DNA of 63,936 bases, filler included, from Mitosporidium daphniae (Eukaryota): the NCBI RefSeq assembly GCF_000760515.2. It is 5 parts of 5 records of this genome, joined end to end, with 100 filler letters (N's around TTAATTAATTAA, not from the genome) between each part and the next. Parts side by side here need not be neighbours in the genome. Positions count along the whole stretch, not along the records: positions 14,741 to 29,278 come from NW_013546713.1; positions 29,379 to 43,624 come from NW_013546712.1; 3 more parts are not named here. One strand, given 5' to 3'. Positions 22,502 to 34,095 of the stretch are shown one piece after another (the first letter of the stretch is position 1; every line of letters begins with the position of its first letter). The position numbers were made by a program, and so were the translations under genes. Below the pieces are notes generated by a model. The model was not told the origin of the DNA. It did not search any database and saw only the letters and a list, made by a program, of their open reading frames with translations.

Positions 22502-24482
22502 TCAATTGTCATCATGATTTGAAATGCTAGGGGAGGCATGCGGATGCTGATAAAATTCACCCTCCGAATCTACAAGCCCGGCTCCGGTAGAGCCGAACCA
22601 GTCAAGCAAAAATGAGAACGGTCTTCCGCCACCTGACATGATAAATGTTGAAAAGTTTGGAAGCGATGCAAGAGACGATATTAAATGTATCATGTGTGGG
22701 CGTGGGGTTTCTTTTGCCAAAATGGGTCTATGCTCCAGAAGCTTACCACCTTTATCAACCAGCAGAAGCTCGAGTTGATTTTTCGGGATCTTTTGGGGGG
22801 ACATTTGTTTTTTGATAGAGTCGACGAACGCTATTTGCATATCCTTTTGGGTTCCCATGGCTCTAAAGGATGGAGCAATGGTGATTGATGAAGCAGATGA
22901 TGCTCCCGAGGCTTCTATTTGGGTGCATCTAGATAGTTCTGAGATAAACCCCATTCCCCAATAGGCCGATGTGTATTTCGTCACCCAGCGGAACAAGGAT
23001 TGATGTGCAGTTTCTCTCGCTTCTAATGGCATTTCAAGTGCCGTGACAATTGTCTTTGCCAGTCCTATGGTATCCCATGGATTGATTATTAGCGCGCCAT
23101 TGAAGGATTGAGCCGCACCTAAAGAATAACCCAAAAGTGGCATTTCTACCGGCAAACTCGGAAAGTATCAACACCCCGGGATTGGAATGGGGCTGAGCCG
23201 CAACAAATTCATACGAAACCAAATTCATTCCATCTCGTATCGAGGTGACGAGACACACATCGGCAATTGCATAAAGTGCAGCTAGCTCTTGAAAAGGAAC
23301 GCTATTGTTGATAAATTGTAGCGGCATGTAGTCAATTGAGCCATATTTTCCATTGATATGTCCGACCAATGCATTTGTATATGCAATTAGATTTCGATAC
23401 TCTTCCACATCCTCTCTGGTTGGGACAGCCACCTGCACCAAGGTTACCTTGAAGTTGGTAAGCAGGCCATATCATCTACCTTTCCACGGAATTGCGGATA
23501 ATTACGCAAAAAGATTTCAAATCCAAGAAGCTTGTGAGGAATGCCTTTGATGTAGTCAAGTCTATCTACTCCTAAGATTATTTTCTGGTCTCCGTATTTT
23601 AATTTCAGCTTCTTCATGATCGATTTTATGGGAGGAAGGTCAAGTGCGTCGATAAATGGATCCGGATCTATCCCAATCGGATATATTCCAACTCGCGCAA
23701 TGTGGCCATCGCTGACCCTGACCATTGTTGGCGATGTTGCAAGCGACAATAGTCGATTGCAACTTGATAGGAAGTGTCTTCCATATTCATACGTGTGAAA
23801 GCCAATCAAATCGGCTGCTATGATTCCCTTCAAAATGCAAGCACCAACAGGCAAGACTCTGTAAATTTACAAAATCAAGAGCTACCTGAACACCTCAGAA
23901 GAGGGAAAGGGAATGTGATGGAAAAACCCAATTTTTACATTTTTGAAGCCGGAAAGGTCCAACTTCATTCGAAGAAGACGAGGAAGAGTCATCAGCTGAT
24001 AATCATGGATCCAAACCAAGTCATTATCCCTGCATTCTTTAAGAATTACATCAGCAAAGAGAGAATTTGCCTTCACATATGCCTCCCATGCAGATTCATC
24101 AAAGCTCATGTCCACAGGAAGATAATGGAACAACGGCCACAAAATGCTGTTTTGATATCATGAACTGCACATCTTACCTGTTTGCAAATGTGTTGTAGAA
24201 TGGATTTGAAATTTCGTCGGGGAGAAATACAGGAATTGCCGAGTATTCGGAAAGCAGAGTTTCGCCAATTTGATCACGGTCTTCTTCTGGGATTTCAAAG
24301 CCTAAAAAAATCAAGTCTATGTGCGACAAACCTGGCCATCCGATCCAGATGAAGGATGTCATTTTTTTCATGCCAGCAAGACCGGCAACCAGCCCTCCCG
24401 AAGACCGCTTGTACGTCCACGCGCCGTTTTCTCTACTTAATGTCACAGGAAGCCTGTTTGAGACAACAAGCAATCGGTCCAT
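22502..24482 (-). CDS. TPS1: Trehalose-6-phosphate synthase with a degenerate C-terminal phosphatase remnant; several micro-introns
   Basis: VVSNRLP, SSGGLV, WPLFHY, WIHDYQLM, GFFHHIPFPSSE, GVDRLDYIKGIP, RDGMNLVSYE, LSEFAGAA. Confidence 0.95.
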
Positions 24483-24604
24483 TAGCTATGTAACTAATTT
24501 AGATTCACAGAGCCATATAAACGACAATGAATTTGGCTCATCCAATAAAATTCATAGCCCACTGATCACTTGAAAGGAGAATTGTAATTTTATTTTTAAA
24601 ATTA

Positions 24605-24946
24605 ATGAACAAGCACCCTAAGCTCCACTCGCCTACGTACGTTTCTGATGAAGAATTGAGCACGCAAAGTGAACGCAGCTCTTTTGCATCGGACGAAAGC
24701 CCTTTTAAATTTGATGACCATGCAACTCTCAACAGAAGTCTTTTACACTTGACATCATCACATACTTCGCAGTCTGAGGCCACCATCGGTCAAAAGCTGA
24801 GAAGAGCAGAGCAAGCGTTGATTGATGCCCAATGCATGATTATGGAGCAACTATCCAGGCTTCAAGCCGAAGAAATAACGCTGCAAAAATTGATCTTAGC
24901 AGCGACCCCCAAAGGGCATTCTTCTGCAGATTCCGGTGAGAAATGA
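24605..24946 (+). CDS. SNAPC5/SNAP19-like snRNA-activating complex subunit
   Basis: KLRRAEQALIDAQCMIMEQLSRLQAEEITLQKLI matches the SNAPC5 helix pattern LRxxExxL...QLxRLxxEExxLQxxI. Confidence 0.6.
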   Translation: MNKHPKLHSPTYVSDEELSTQSERSSFASDESPFKFDDHATLNRSLLHLTSSHTSQSEATIGQKLRRAEQALIDAQCMIMEQLSRLQAEEITLQKLILAATPKGHSSADSGEK

Positions 24947-25019
24947 CCCTATGTGTGGGCATGGAAAAAGACCCTATGTGTGGGCATGGAAAAAGACCCT
25001 ATGTGTGGGCATGGAAAAA
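24945..25019 (+). repeat. Three exact tandem copies of a 25-bp unit
   Basis: GACCCTATGTGTGGGCATGGAAAAA at 24945, 24970 and 24995. Confidence 0.95.
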
Positions 25020-25180
25020 TGCCCCTGTCCATAACGAGACATGGTTGAAGCCTTCCCGACCAACTTGAGCAGCGAAATGCATAACGATGCTATTGGATCT
25101 TCCCCTGGTGCGTCAATGTTTAAATTGCACATAAAATAATTTTTAATTTTCAGTTTTGAAGCTAACGGCGAAATCAAGTT

Positions 25181-26671
25181 ATGACCCTGTATGACGAGTT
25201 TTTCGGCGTGCTCTCCGCCATCTCGCCGACGTTTGAACATTCCACAGAGGACATATTATTTATCGAACTTCCTTCGAAATTCCATTCCACAATTCTCGAT
25301 CTTATTCGATCATCAAAGGACAAGCTTTACATTTCGTCGCTTTATATTGGGTGTAGCGCCACTAAGGGCGATGACTTGTCCAAACAAATAATCTCGGCAT
25401 TGAGGGAAAAGCTTGCTACCACTGAAAACGAAAATTTTACTTTAAAGATCCTAGTTGATGACACGCGTTCTGCACGAGCATTGGATAACTCTACGGTCGT
25501 CTTGGAGGCATTGAAGGACGACTTTCCGCATCTTCAAGTAGAGGTGCACCCGATTGTTGTGTCTGAATCTTTCTTTTCGAGATCGATGGGCAGGTTCTTT
25601 AGAAAATCGGAGGCTATCTCCAGACTCCAGCATATGAAATACATTGTGTCCGATGACAACGTTTTGCTAACCGGAGCTAACCTTTCGGAAGAATATTTCA
25701 CCACCCGAAAAGATAGGTATGTTTTGATAAAAAACGCCAAGCCCCTTGCATCCTTTTATTCACAACTTACCACCCTGGTGATAGAAGCCACATGCCAAAT
25801 GCCCCCGCCACGGAAGGAAATCAGAGATAAGTTTTTGGACCTGCTCCAGTTAAAGTCTTCCGAAAATAAGCCTGCTTTTGAAACGCGTGGCGACAAAGTC
25901 TATTTATTCCCGTCTCTTCAAATGTCTTGGCTAGGAATACGACATGAAGAGGCTCTTATAACAACCTTGCTCGGAATGGCTCGGAATCTGGGCCTTCAAA
26001 TCCACATGTCAACAGCCTACTTCAATCTGGCTCCTGTGATCCAACGATACTTTTCGGGGGAGTATTTTTCTTCGCCAGACCCCATGAAGGCTACAAAGAC
26101 ACAGGCCCCCTTGTCACCCACAAATGCAGATGCCAAAGCAAGACCCATACCCCATTTGTCTTCCATAATCACTGCTGCTCCATCTTGCTCGGGCTTCTTT
26201 AATGCGCAATGGCCAAAAAGCTTGATCCCAGATATTTATGAAAATCTCTATGAACAGTTTGCCTCCAATTTAAAAGAGAAGGACATTTCAAATTTTGAGC
26301 TTCTCCAGTACCAAAGGCCGGGATGGACATACCATGCAAAGGGCATATTCCTCGCACATAATGGCTCTGTGTTCCTCACCCAAATTGGCTCTTCCAATTA
26401 TGGTATCTTGCTTCGAGTTAACCCTATTAGGAGAAAGGTCTTTCGATAGAGATATCGAATGCCAGCTGACCATGCTCACCTCGAACCCTGAGCTTCAAAA
26501 GAAGTTTGAAACCGTAGGCATTGATAACCTTACCCGTAGGATCTTGCCGATTTGCACAAATACGCCGTTTCGTTTTCGACCGCATCAACCCCTTCTTCTC
26601 CTTCGGTTTCAGCATACATTAGATCGTACTTCCTAATGGGACTTTCAAAATTTTGCTCAAAAATGCTGTAA
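25181..26671 (+). CDS. PGS1: CDP-DAG--glycerol-3-phosphate 3-phosphatidyltransferase (PLD superfamily)
   Basis: SSLYIG, LQHMK...DDNVLLTGANLSEEYFTTRKDRY, RPGWTYHAKG, IGSSNYG; two 3' micro-introns lead to TAA 26669-26671. Confidence 0.9.
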
Positions 26672-26693
26672 TAAATATGCCAATCAATGACGA

Positions 26694-28256
26694 CTAAAAA
26701 ATGACATCGGTTCCGCATTTGATTGCAGGACCCTCCATTTTGGAGGACCTAGTTCCGAATTGCACTGCTCTTTTGGGCAGGTCGACACAATGGGAAAGGC
26801 CGAGCGCTTTTGCAATCCTCCGCAACATTGCCTTTTCGCCAAGCCCGCGAGGAAGAGAAAGGTCCATTCTAACTGAAATTGGACATTGTCCAAGCACAAA
26901 GTGGACCAATTTTTCATCCAAAAATGGGTATCGAGCCTCTCTGCCGCCATCAGAAAGAACCCTGTCATCCCTGCCAAGATTTCGATGCCACATTCTATTC
27001 AAATCGAGAGAGATCTCTGAAGAGAGCCCTTCCAAGCCATGCCGGTCAAATTTTGATCTATATCGCGCATATCCCCCAAACAGCTCATCGGCTCCAAAGC
27101 CCACAAGCAGGATCCTTGATCTCTACATACAACAATAAAACGCGATGAAAGCCTACCGATGGCCACGTAGAGGCAACCCAAAAGGGCGCTGCTATCGACA
27201 AGTCCATTGCCGTATTTGCGGGAGCAATTAGGGATCGAATCCTGGATCGATTTTTTTGGTACTCCTCTATGGTAACGTTTAGTGGAGAGAAAATCCATTT
27301 TCTCGAGCAGGACAACCTTTCAAGTTCGGAGAATGACTCGATTGCAGAAATCCTATCTGGAATTTCCTTTTCCGAAAGCAAGCCATTTCCATTTGATGGG
27401 ATGAAAGAGACATTAATCAGCTCGATCAATACGTCCGGGTCAAGTACCTTATCCGACAAGCGAGCCAAGAGGGTCGAATCCAGACCACCAGAAAAAAGAA
27501 TAGCAACAGTAGACCCCTGCCCTTTTCGATTATTTGATACCCGGCTTCTTATTGAATTTTCCAAAAGCTCTAAACATTTTTTGTCGTAATACTCGAGCGC
27601 AAAGGTTTGAATACTCGGGGACACGGGAAAGGGACAGCTTCTGTGATACTGGCAAACATTCCGTGTATTCAAGTCTATCTCATAAATGAAGTTTGCATCG
27701 ACTTCTTCCGGTTGACTTATTTGGTCAGATATTATGGAGGAGCATAACAAAATGGAATCTTCCCTATTACAGCGCAATAGGCTTCTCCGTCCAAAAATAT
27801 CCTTGCAATAGTAGAGCTTGTGGGCAGATTTTTTGTAATATATAAACGAATATGGGCCTTCAATCCTACAAAACAGCTTCTCGTGGAGTTCAGATAAAAA
27901 ATCGGTTGCATCAGAGAGTGAATCCAGAAATTGCGAAATCACTTCTGTGTCGCTTTTTCCGTCTGGAATCTCAATATCGCCATTGAAAATTTCGCCATTC
28001 CATAGGAGGATACCCTCTTTTCCAGATGCCGGCTGGCAGGTCAGAAAATCTCCCTGCATGTGAAGAACGGCCACACCCATTGTAAGGTGCAAGTCATCTT
28101 GCTGACAGACATCAAGTTCACCATAATAATCATTTCCTAAGTTGTATGTAGCCTTTAAAATATACCTCTAGACTTGATTGTCTCCCTTGCATCGCAGATG
28201 ATAGCCTCGTTTACTGCATGGCTTTTCCATGAAATGTAGCAAAAAATGCCGCACAT
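26694..28256 (-). CDS. ASNSD1: Asparagine synthetase domain-containing protein 1
   Basis: MCGIF start, LLWNGEIF, DIFGRRSLL, LFSGGLDS, GADELFGGY, RNLGRDDR, PKRAVQFG. Confidence 0.9.
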
Positions 28257-28302
28257 TTCTAAAATTAAAATTTAATGAAATTTGCACTCTATTTCACTTT
28301 CA

Positions 28303-29278
28303 ATGTCTGATGATAATGTGCCCCGTGTGTCATCATTGTCCACTTTACTCCCCATTCTAAGTATGCCTTGATGTGTTTTTATATTTGCATAGTTAAGTCT
28401 TTTGACTCTGATATATTCAACTCTTCTTATAAAGGGACCAACCTATTGTCTCCCGATCTGACGAACATTAAGATTTCGCAATTGAATGTGAAGCAAAAAT
28501 TCTGGTTCTCCATGCTTATTAGAGAGGAGCCCCATTCTTGCTCTCTGAGAACCTGTTTAAAGGTTCTCGTTGCGATACGGNAATTTCAGTTGTTAATTGA
28601 AATTTTGCTTTTAAAGTTCCCGCTATCAAACAGCAATAGATATTCCATTATATCGCTATTGGAGTCGATCAAGTAATCCAATTACATTTCTCATGTAAGG
28701 TTATGCATTCGCCTTTATATCTTTAAGATTACTGAAAGCAGAGGAAAGGCGACTCTTCTTTCTCATTCTGATTTTTTTGTTCCAGAAACTGCAAATAAGC
28801 CGGCCAAAATTTCATTTGAAGAGTCGATTGTCTCTTCTACCCCATCAATTTCAGATTTGATAGCCCAAAATTTGTACACTAAAGAGCCGCTTTCTGTTGC
28901 TGAAATCCTATACCTTTTCCGTCCATTGGTGACCATTATCCTTTTGTGGCGATTTGGTAAAAAGTCGTGGGTCCCATGGACTATCCCCTTCGCAATGGAA
29001 ACCATATCGTACTATTTGAAGGATGCGCGAGAAAAAGAAGATAGGATTGCACATCAGTTAGGACACGGCATCTTGGACTTGATTGAAAGAAACCGCAGAT
29101 TTATTTTCCTTTATCTATATTTAATCAGAGAGCCTCTTTTCACCTCCTATATCAGGTAGGAAGAGTCAGATTTATTTACTCCATAGACCGGTTCTCCAAC
29201 TCCCGATTGCAATGTTGGAAAAAATCCCATATGTGGGCGCTCTATTATCGTCCCCTGTAAGTCAAGCCCTAGATCTTC
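28303..29278 (+). CDS. PEX16: Peroxisomal biogenesis factor 16, intron-containing, 3' truncated
   Basis: AEILYLFRPL, KSWVPW, ERNRR...YLIREPLF, LEKIPYVG match the Pex16 C-terminal pattern. Confidence 0.75.
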
Positions 29279-29378
29279 NNNNNNNNNNNNNNNNNNNNNN
29301 NNNNNNNNNNNNNNNNNNNNNNTTAATTAATTAANNNNNNNNNNNNNNNNNNNNNNNNNNNNNNNNNNNNNNNNNNNN
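29279..29378. other. Artificial contig linker
   Basis: N44-TTAATTAATTAA-N44. Confidence 0.98.
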
Positions 29379-30124
29379 AGCTTGATTTTAGATATCCTCT
29401 TCCCCATATGCTTGGCCACGTGAAGCGGGTCAAAAAATCAGAGCGCTCCATTAGTATCCTTCTATGGCCATTGGAAGACACAAATCGTTGTTTCGACTTT
29501 TTGAGGAACTATTCCATCTTCAAAAAGGATCTTTTTACTGCAAGCGTGCCCAAACTTCCTCCTCGCACAAAAGAAAATTGGTTGGAAGCCAATCAGCTTT
29601 GGCCAGTGACATTGCACATCATTATTCCAAAATTCCCATCATGGGAGTCGTTTGACGGTCAATACAAGAGATTTGTAACCTCCAAAGTATTGAAGCCAAG
29701 CTCCACATTATTTAATCCACTTTCATTAAGTGTCGTTGTAGAGATCGGTCAAGAGAGCTGTCAAATTTCGATGCCTCTTCTTCATCCAACGATGCTTATT
29801 CTAAATCAACTTGCGTTGCTAATTTTAAAGGAAAAGCAGTCAAAGCCCCCTGATTCTGGATTGATTCCACCAAATGCATATCTTGCGACAGGATTTGACT
29901 TGATTCTGCAGGAGGAACCCTGCATAATGTTGGCTTTAGATTCTAATTATTTTAGGTGCTCCATGGCACTTGTGCATTCACGGATTCGCCGAGTGTTTTA
30001 TGTCCGCTCCAACAGAAAAAGAGGTGGTCTCGGTGGATCGTCTGCAGAATCAGCGGTTCATACTAATCCCCAGTTAAACCATCATTTTGGTGTTTACGTG
30101 TTCGTAGAAAGTAGTCACTGTTAG
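29379..30124 (+). CDS. TAD3: tRNA adenosine deaminase subunit Tad3/ADAT3, 5' truncated
   Basis: LGHVKRV, WPV, YLATG, EPCIM(intron)CSMALVHSRIRRVFY, LNHHF. Confidence 0.9.
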
Positions 30125-30214
30125 AGAGAAGGGGGTAATTAATGGCCCAACTGAAACATGCCTATCTGCTCGTTTGTGTAATAAATTATTTAATATTTCT
30201 ACTGTATGTCACGT

Positions 30215-30847
30215 TCATTGAAAAGATATTGCACTCCCTTGGATGGTGCGTCTAGGTGCGTTTGATAACTCCGTATGTGCAGATATTTCTAAAGAACCGA
30301 GTGTAGCACTGTCATTAACATTACTTTGTTGTAGAGTGGAGGAAAATGCATCCAAAGGCGGTCTTGACCTGGGCGTCCAAATATCTTCTGGAATAAATGC
30401 ATCCGAAGGTAAGCTACGGATAAAGGATTCTCTCTTCTCTGCAATCCGCTTTCTGAGCCGGTTCTACAAATAATTGCAAGAACTTTACTAATTTTTCATC
30501 CTCACTTGCAAACTCAAGAAGGTAACAAAACTTTATCTCTTCAAAAGATGTATCTGCATGATAATAGCTATGATATCGAGAAAGGGTTCCCTTTGTTTCT
30601 TCTAGTAAAGCTGAATCTTTTTTTTCGGAACATTCTGACATCAGCATTGGGAGTGAATCAGCGGAGGTATAGGGACCATATCGATACATCTCCCGTAGAT
30701 GTCCCGTGCTAGCTATTATTAGGAAAGAAAAGAAAACAAACTGGCTCTAGATAGCATGAACTTTACATATTGGAAGCATGGTGTCCTCCGATAATCCTCA
30801 AGAGACTTTGCAAATGTTGGGGAGAAAAATTGGTCATTGGTGCTCAT
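30215..30847 (-). CDS. Hypothetical protein, 2 micro-introns
   Basis: Continuous frame from ATG 30847 (MSTNDQFFSP) to TGA 30215 after removing two GT-AG introns. Confidence 0.55.
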
Positions 30848-30894
30848 GGTTGAAGAAAAAATTTTCTTTTAAATTATTTTCATTGAAAAAATTT

Positions 30895-31563
30895 ATGTTG
30901 CCAATGAAGAAATTGCTATATACATTATCCAAGCGTTCTATATGTTGCACAAGCGAGGTTTATATATTGCCCACTCGAAGAATTTTAATCCTACCAACAG
31001 GTTGTACGTTATTTTTTTCCTCTACAAAAAGGATCGTGCCCTTTCGACCGTCACTAAAAGATCTCAATGCCCCACTAATACATCTCATTGATGCTAAAGG
31101 CTCCATTTCAAACGACATTTCTTCCTCAGAAATATTGAATAAATACGATGCGCAAAAATATGAGTTGCTTCAGGTGGGCATTCGAGATTCTGTTCCCATT
31201 ATCAAGGTATTTCCCAAAGTCACGCCAAAAGATCCATTGCAATCTAGCAGAGAACCATCACCCCATCGTCAAAAACCTCGAGAAGAAAAGGAAAAAACGA
31301 TAGAAATGAACTCTACCATTGGCGGAAATGATTTTGAACACAAGATGCATATGTTAAATTGTTTCCTTGCAAAGGTGATACGGGTCAAAGTGCTGCTAAC
31401 TCTGCGGGGAACTTCATCTGCGCTTGATTTAGAAAATTTATTTGCAAAGATAAAGGCCCGCATCGACGCATCCGGTGTTGGAGAGGTTGTTGCTCCTGTG
31501 CAGCAAGCCGCAAAAAAGGTGCAATTTGTAGTAAGACCAAAGTTAACCCCGGAATATCCCTAA
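30895..31563 (+). CDS. Mitochondrial translation initiation factor 3-like protein
   Basis: IHLIDAKG (IF3-N-like), EKTIEMNSTIGGNDFEHK...FLAK...VKV (IF3-C-like), basic presequence. Confidence 0.7.
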   Translation: MLPMKKLLYTLSKRSICCTSEVYILPTRRILILPTGCTLFFSSTKRIVPFRPSLKDLNAPLIHLIDAKGSISNDISSSEILNKYDAQKYELLQVGIRDSVPIIKVFPKVTPKDPLQSSREPSPHRQKPREEKEKTIEMNSTIGGNDFEHKMHMLNCFLAKVIRVKVLLTLRGTSSALDLENLFAKIKARIDASGVGEVVAPVQQAAKKVQFVVRPKLTPEYP

Positions 31564-31760
31564 GGCTGATCGCTTTCTTAAGTGGATAATCTATTGCCAA
31601 ATTTAGACTAGCTGTTGTGCCTATTAATATTAAATGCGGTGTTATGTGGTTTATTAAAGTTACCTTGTTCAGTTATCAAGGTTCATCTACATATAAGGCT
31701 ATGAGAACAAATCTGCATTAACAACATCAATTGAGATGGAGAAGAAATCTTCAAAATGAG

Positions 31761-33920
31761 CTAATCATTGCTCGGGTCCGTCAAGGAGGGATCCTCTACT
31801 AACGTGGTATTGGAAGAGCTTTCTTGAGACGAGATAGCAGCTTTTTTCAACAGACGTTGTTGAATGTTATGTGTATTTGGTCTCTTTGCCGCAGCCGGAA
31901 ATAACAGTGTGTTGCAGTAGAGAGATGGGACAAGTCTATGTGCTAATAAAGCGCTTCTCCTTTGCACATGGCGAATTGGAAACGTTCGTACATCCAAAGG
32001 GAAAGGTGGAAGAGCTGTTCTTCTTCGAGTCTCTGAAGACGGGGAGCTATCCAAAATCGGCGATGAAGTAGGCGCTCCAATGCTTGAGATAGCAATTGCC
32101 GCATCTTCTACTGAAATATTGTCCCTGCCCGAGAATTTGGCTGCAAGAACACAATTCAAGACCAGAAATTGGAGATACGAGAACACATTTCTCTGGAGTT
32201 CCTTTATTAAAAATTTGAACAAAATACGTACCTCCGTAGCACTGGCATCTAAAAGTATTGAATCATAAGCTGAAAGCCATTTTGTAGTAGGGAGTCCATA
32301 TGCAGAATGAAAAAGCTCATCTGCTACCTGCGAAATGCTTTTACCGCATTTTCCAATTAGCGTAGAACGGCGAAGAGAGGTTGAAGGCGAAGCAGAGCTC
32401 TCCGATACCATTGAAATAGGGGATCGAGATGAGATCAAAGGTGTTGCTGGGGAGTTATTTACTGGTGTAGGGCTAGTGGCCCTTGGGGAAATTGATTTTC
32501 TTGTCATACAATCTGAGGGAAACTTAGATGGAGGGGGCAAGTTTTGGGAAGAAGCTTGCTGGTGGCCACCTTGAAGGAAATGTTGCTGTGAAGGAAAAGA
32601 TGGGAAAACAAAATTACTATCAGGAGAGCGGCCGGTGATCGGGTAATCTACCATCATGGCAGACGTTGGCGGAACTCCAGAAGTATTTGGCGGAGATGAA
32701 AATACAGAGGGTGTCATCATCATCATTGATGAAGAATTAGGAGAGTGGGAAGCAGGATAAGACGGAAGCTGTTGGTGTTGTTGGTGATGTTGCTGCTGTT
32801 GGTGTTGTTGCTGTTGTTGGTATTGTTGCTGCTGTTGGTATGTCTGCTGCTGCTGCTGCTGATATGTCTGCTGTTGCTGCTGCTGATATGTCTGCTGCTG
32901 CTGTTGTTGCTGCTGCTGCTGATATTGAAACTGCTGCTGTTGCGGTGTCCTATATTGAACCATCGGGGAAAACTGCTGAGGAAGATGCTGATAAAAATAG
33001 TGAGGAGATGGTGCTGAATGCGGGGCTGAATTGTAATATGATGCTGTGCCTGGGGGTTGTAGCATTCTTAATGGAGCATTCATTGAAAAAAGAGATGAAT
33101 TTACACTCTGTGGGTGCATCACTGCTGGTGATGAATTCATGGCCTGGTGATGAAGCTGAGGAGGCTGTACCGCCTGTGGAAATAGCCCAAAAGCATGATT
33201 GGCTTGGGGATGAAATCCTGGTGGTTGGCTTACATGACCATGAATGGATGGCGATGGGGTGGCTTGCGGATGCACAGCTGAAGAATTGAATTGCGATTGG
33301 AGATAAGAGAATTGGCCTGGAGCTTGAAAAAATTGGGTTGAAAACCCTTGGGGAGAAACAGTTGTAAGTGGCGAGTTTCCAGCGGACACTTGAGCTGCCA
33401 TCATATTTGAGGGTGGCGAGATTTGTCGAGCTGAGGTTGAGGAAGCTGGGAAGGAAAATCCCTGCGAAAACTGTGTCGCTGGTACAGGTATTGTTCCCTG
33501 AAATGGATGGCCTTGCTGCTGCATAGGATGTGCCAACTGAATAGGTTGGGCCTGTTGAGAAAATGGTAATTGATTGATTGCTTGGGAAGATGATTGGGGG
33601 GTCGATTGAGAAGGTGGCGGTGGCTGCATTGATTGAGAAGGTGCAGGGGAGAAATATTTATTTGACAGCAGATCTTCTCCTGTATTAACTTCTGGACGAA
33701 CACTTGAATCGATATATTTATTCCGAAATAGTAAAAGTTGACCCTCAAGCTCTGCTTGCTTTTTGGTGAGAAATGCTATTTTTTCTGGTGGCATTTCTGG
33801 CGAAGAAAGATGCGCCTTGATCCGTTCTATCCCAGACAACAGTTGTTGGTGATACTTTTGGATCAATTCCGCACGCGAGGGTGCAGGTACAGGGGCGGTT
33901 GCATGATTTTGCGACTCCAT
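31761..33920 (-). CDS. TAF12: Gln-rich protein with C-terminal TAF12-like histone fold
   Basis: PolyQ/P-rich N-terminus; LDASATE...VLNCVLAAKFSGRDNISVED; PNTHNIQQRL. Confidence 0.55.
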   Translation of the reverse strand: MESQNHATAPVPAPSRAELIQKYHQQLLSGIERIKAHLSSPEMPPEKIAFLTKKQAELEGQLLLFRNKYIDSSVRPEVNTGEDLLSNKYFSPAPSQSMQPPPPSQSTPQSSSQAINQLPFSQQAQPIQLAHPMQQQGHPFQGTIPVPATQFSQGFSFPASSTSARQISPPSNMMAAQVSAGNSPLTTVSPQGFSTQFFQAPGQFSYLQSQFNSSAVHPQATPSPSIHGHVSQPPGFHPQANHAFGLFPQAVQPPQLHHQAMNSSPAVMHPQSVNSSLFSMNAPLRMLQPPGTASYYNSAPHSAPSPHYFYQHLPQQFSPMVQYRTPQQQQFQYQQQQQQQQQQTYQQQQQQTYQQQQQQTYQQQQQYQQQQQHQQQQHHQQHQQLPSYPASHSPNSSSMMMMTPSVFSSPPNTSGVPPTSAMMVDYPITGRSPDSNFVFPSFPSQQHFLQGGHQQASSQNLPPPSKFPSDCMTRKSISPRATSPTPVNNSPATPLISSRSPISMVSESSASPSTSLRRSTLIGKCGKSISQVADELFHSAYGLPTTKWLSAYDSILLDASATEVRILFKFLIKELQRNVFSYLQFLVLNCVLAAKFSGRDNISVEDAAIAISSIGAPTSSPILDSSPSSETRRRTALPPFPLDVRTFPIRHVQRRSALLAHRLVPSLYCNTLLFPAAAKRPNTHNIQQRLLKKAAISSQESSSNTTLVEDPSLTDPSND
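32770..32942 (-). repeat. Coding CAG/CAA tract with QQQQQTY units
   Basis: Runs of tgc/tgt on the + strand. Confidence 0.9.
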
Positions 33921-34095
33921 AGAACAATCTTGAAGATTGCAAATTAAAAGTTACATAGGTTTAATTGTACCACACCACCATACACAGAGGCCCAATGTAA
34001 CTGCTATTAGCATATAAATAACCGCCACCGCATCAGTAGCATGCAGGCGCTAGTCATGGGGCTTCAACTCAATGGAAAGGAACAATAAATTTATT

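Noticed and set aside
22502..24482. Frameshifted or pseudogenised TPS1 (likewise SDH1, SEC27, KMO)
   Set aside because: The frame breaks I checked coincide with short GT-AG introns that restore conserved motifs.
24945..25019. CRISPR-like direct repeats
   Set aside because: The units are contiguous with no spacers, there are no cas genes, and the context is eukaryotic.
32745..33289. Poly-Leu and poly-Ala ORFs on the + strand
   Set aside because: They are antisense shadows of the polyQ tract in the TAF12-like gene.
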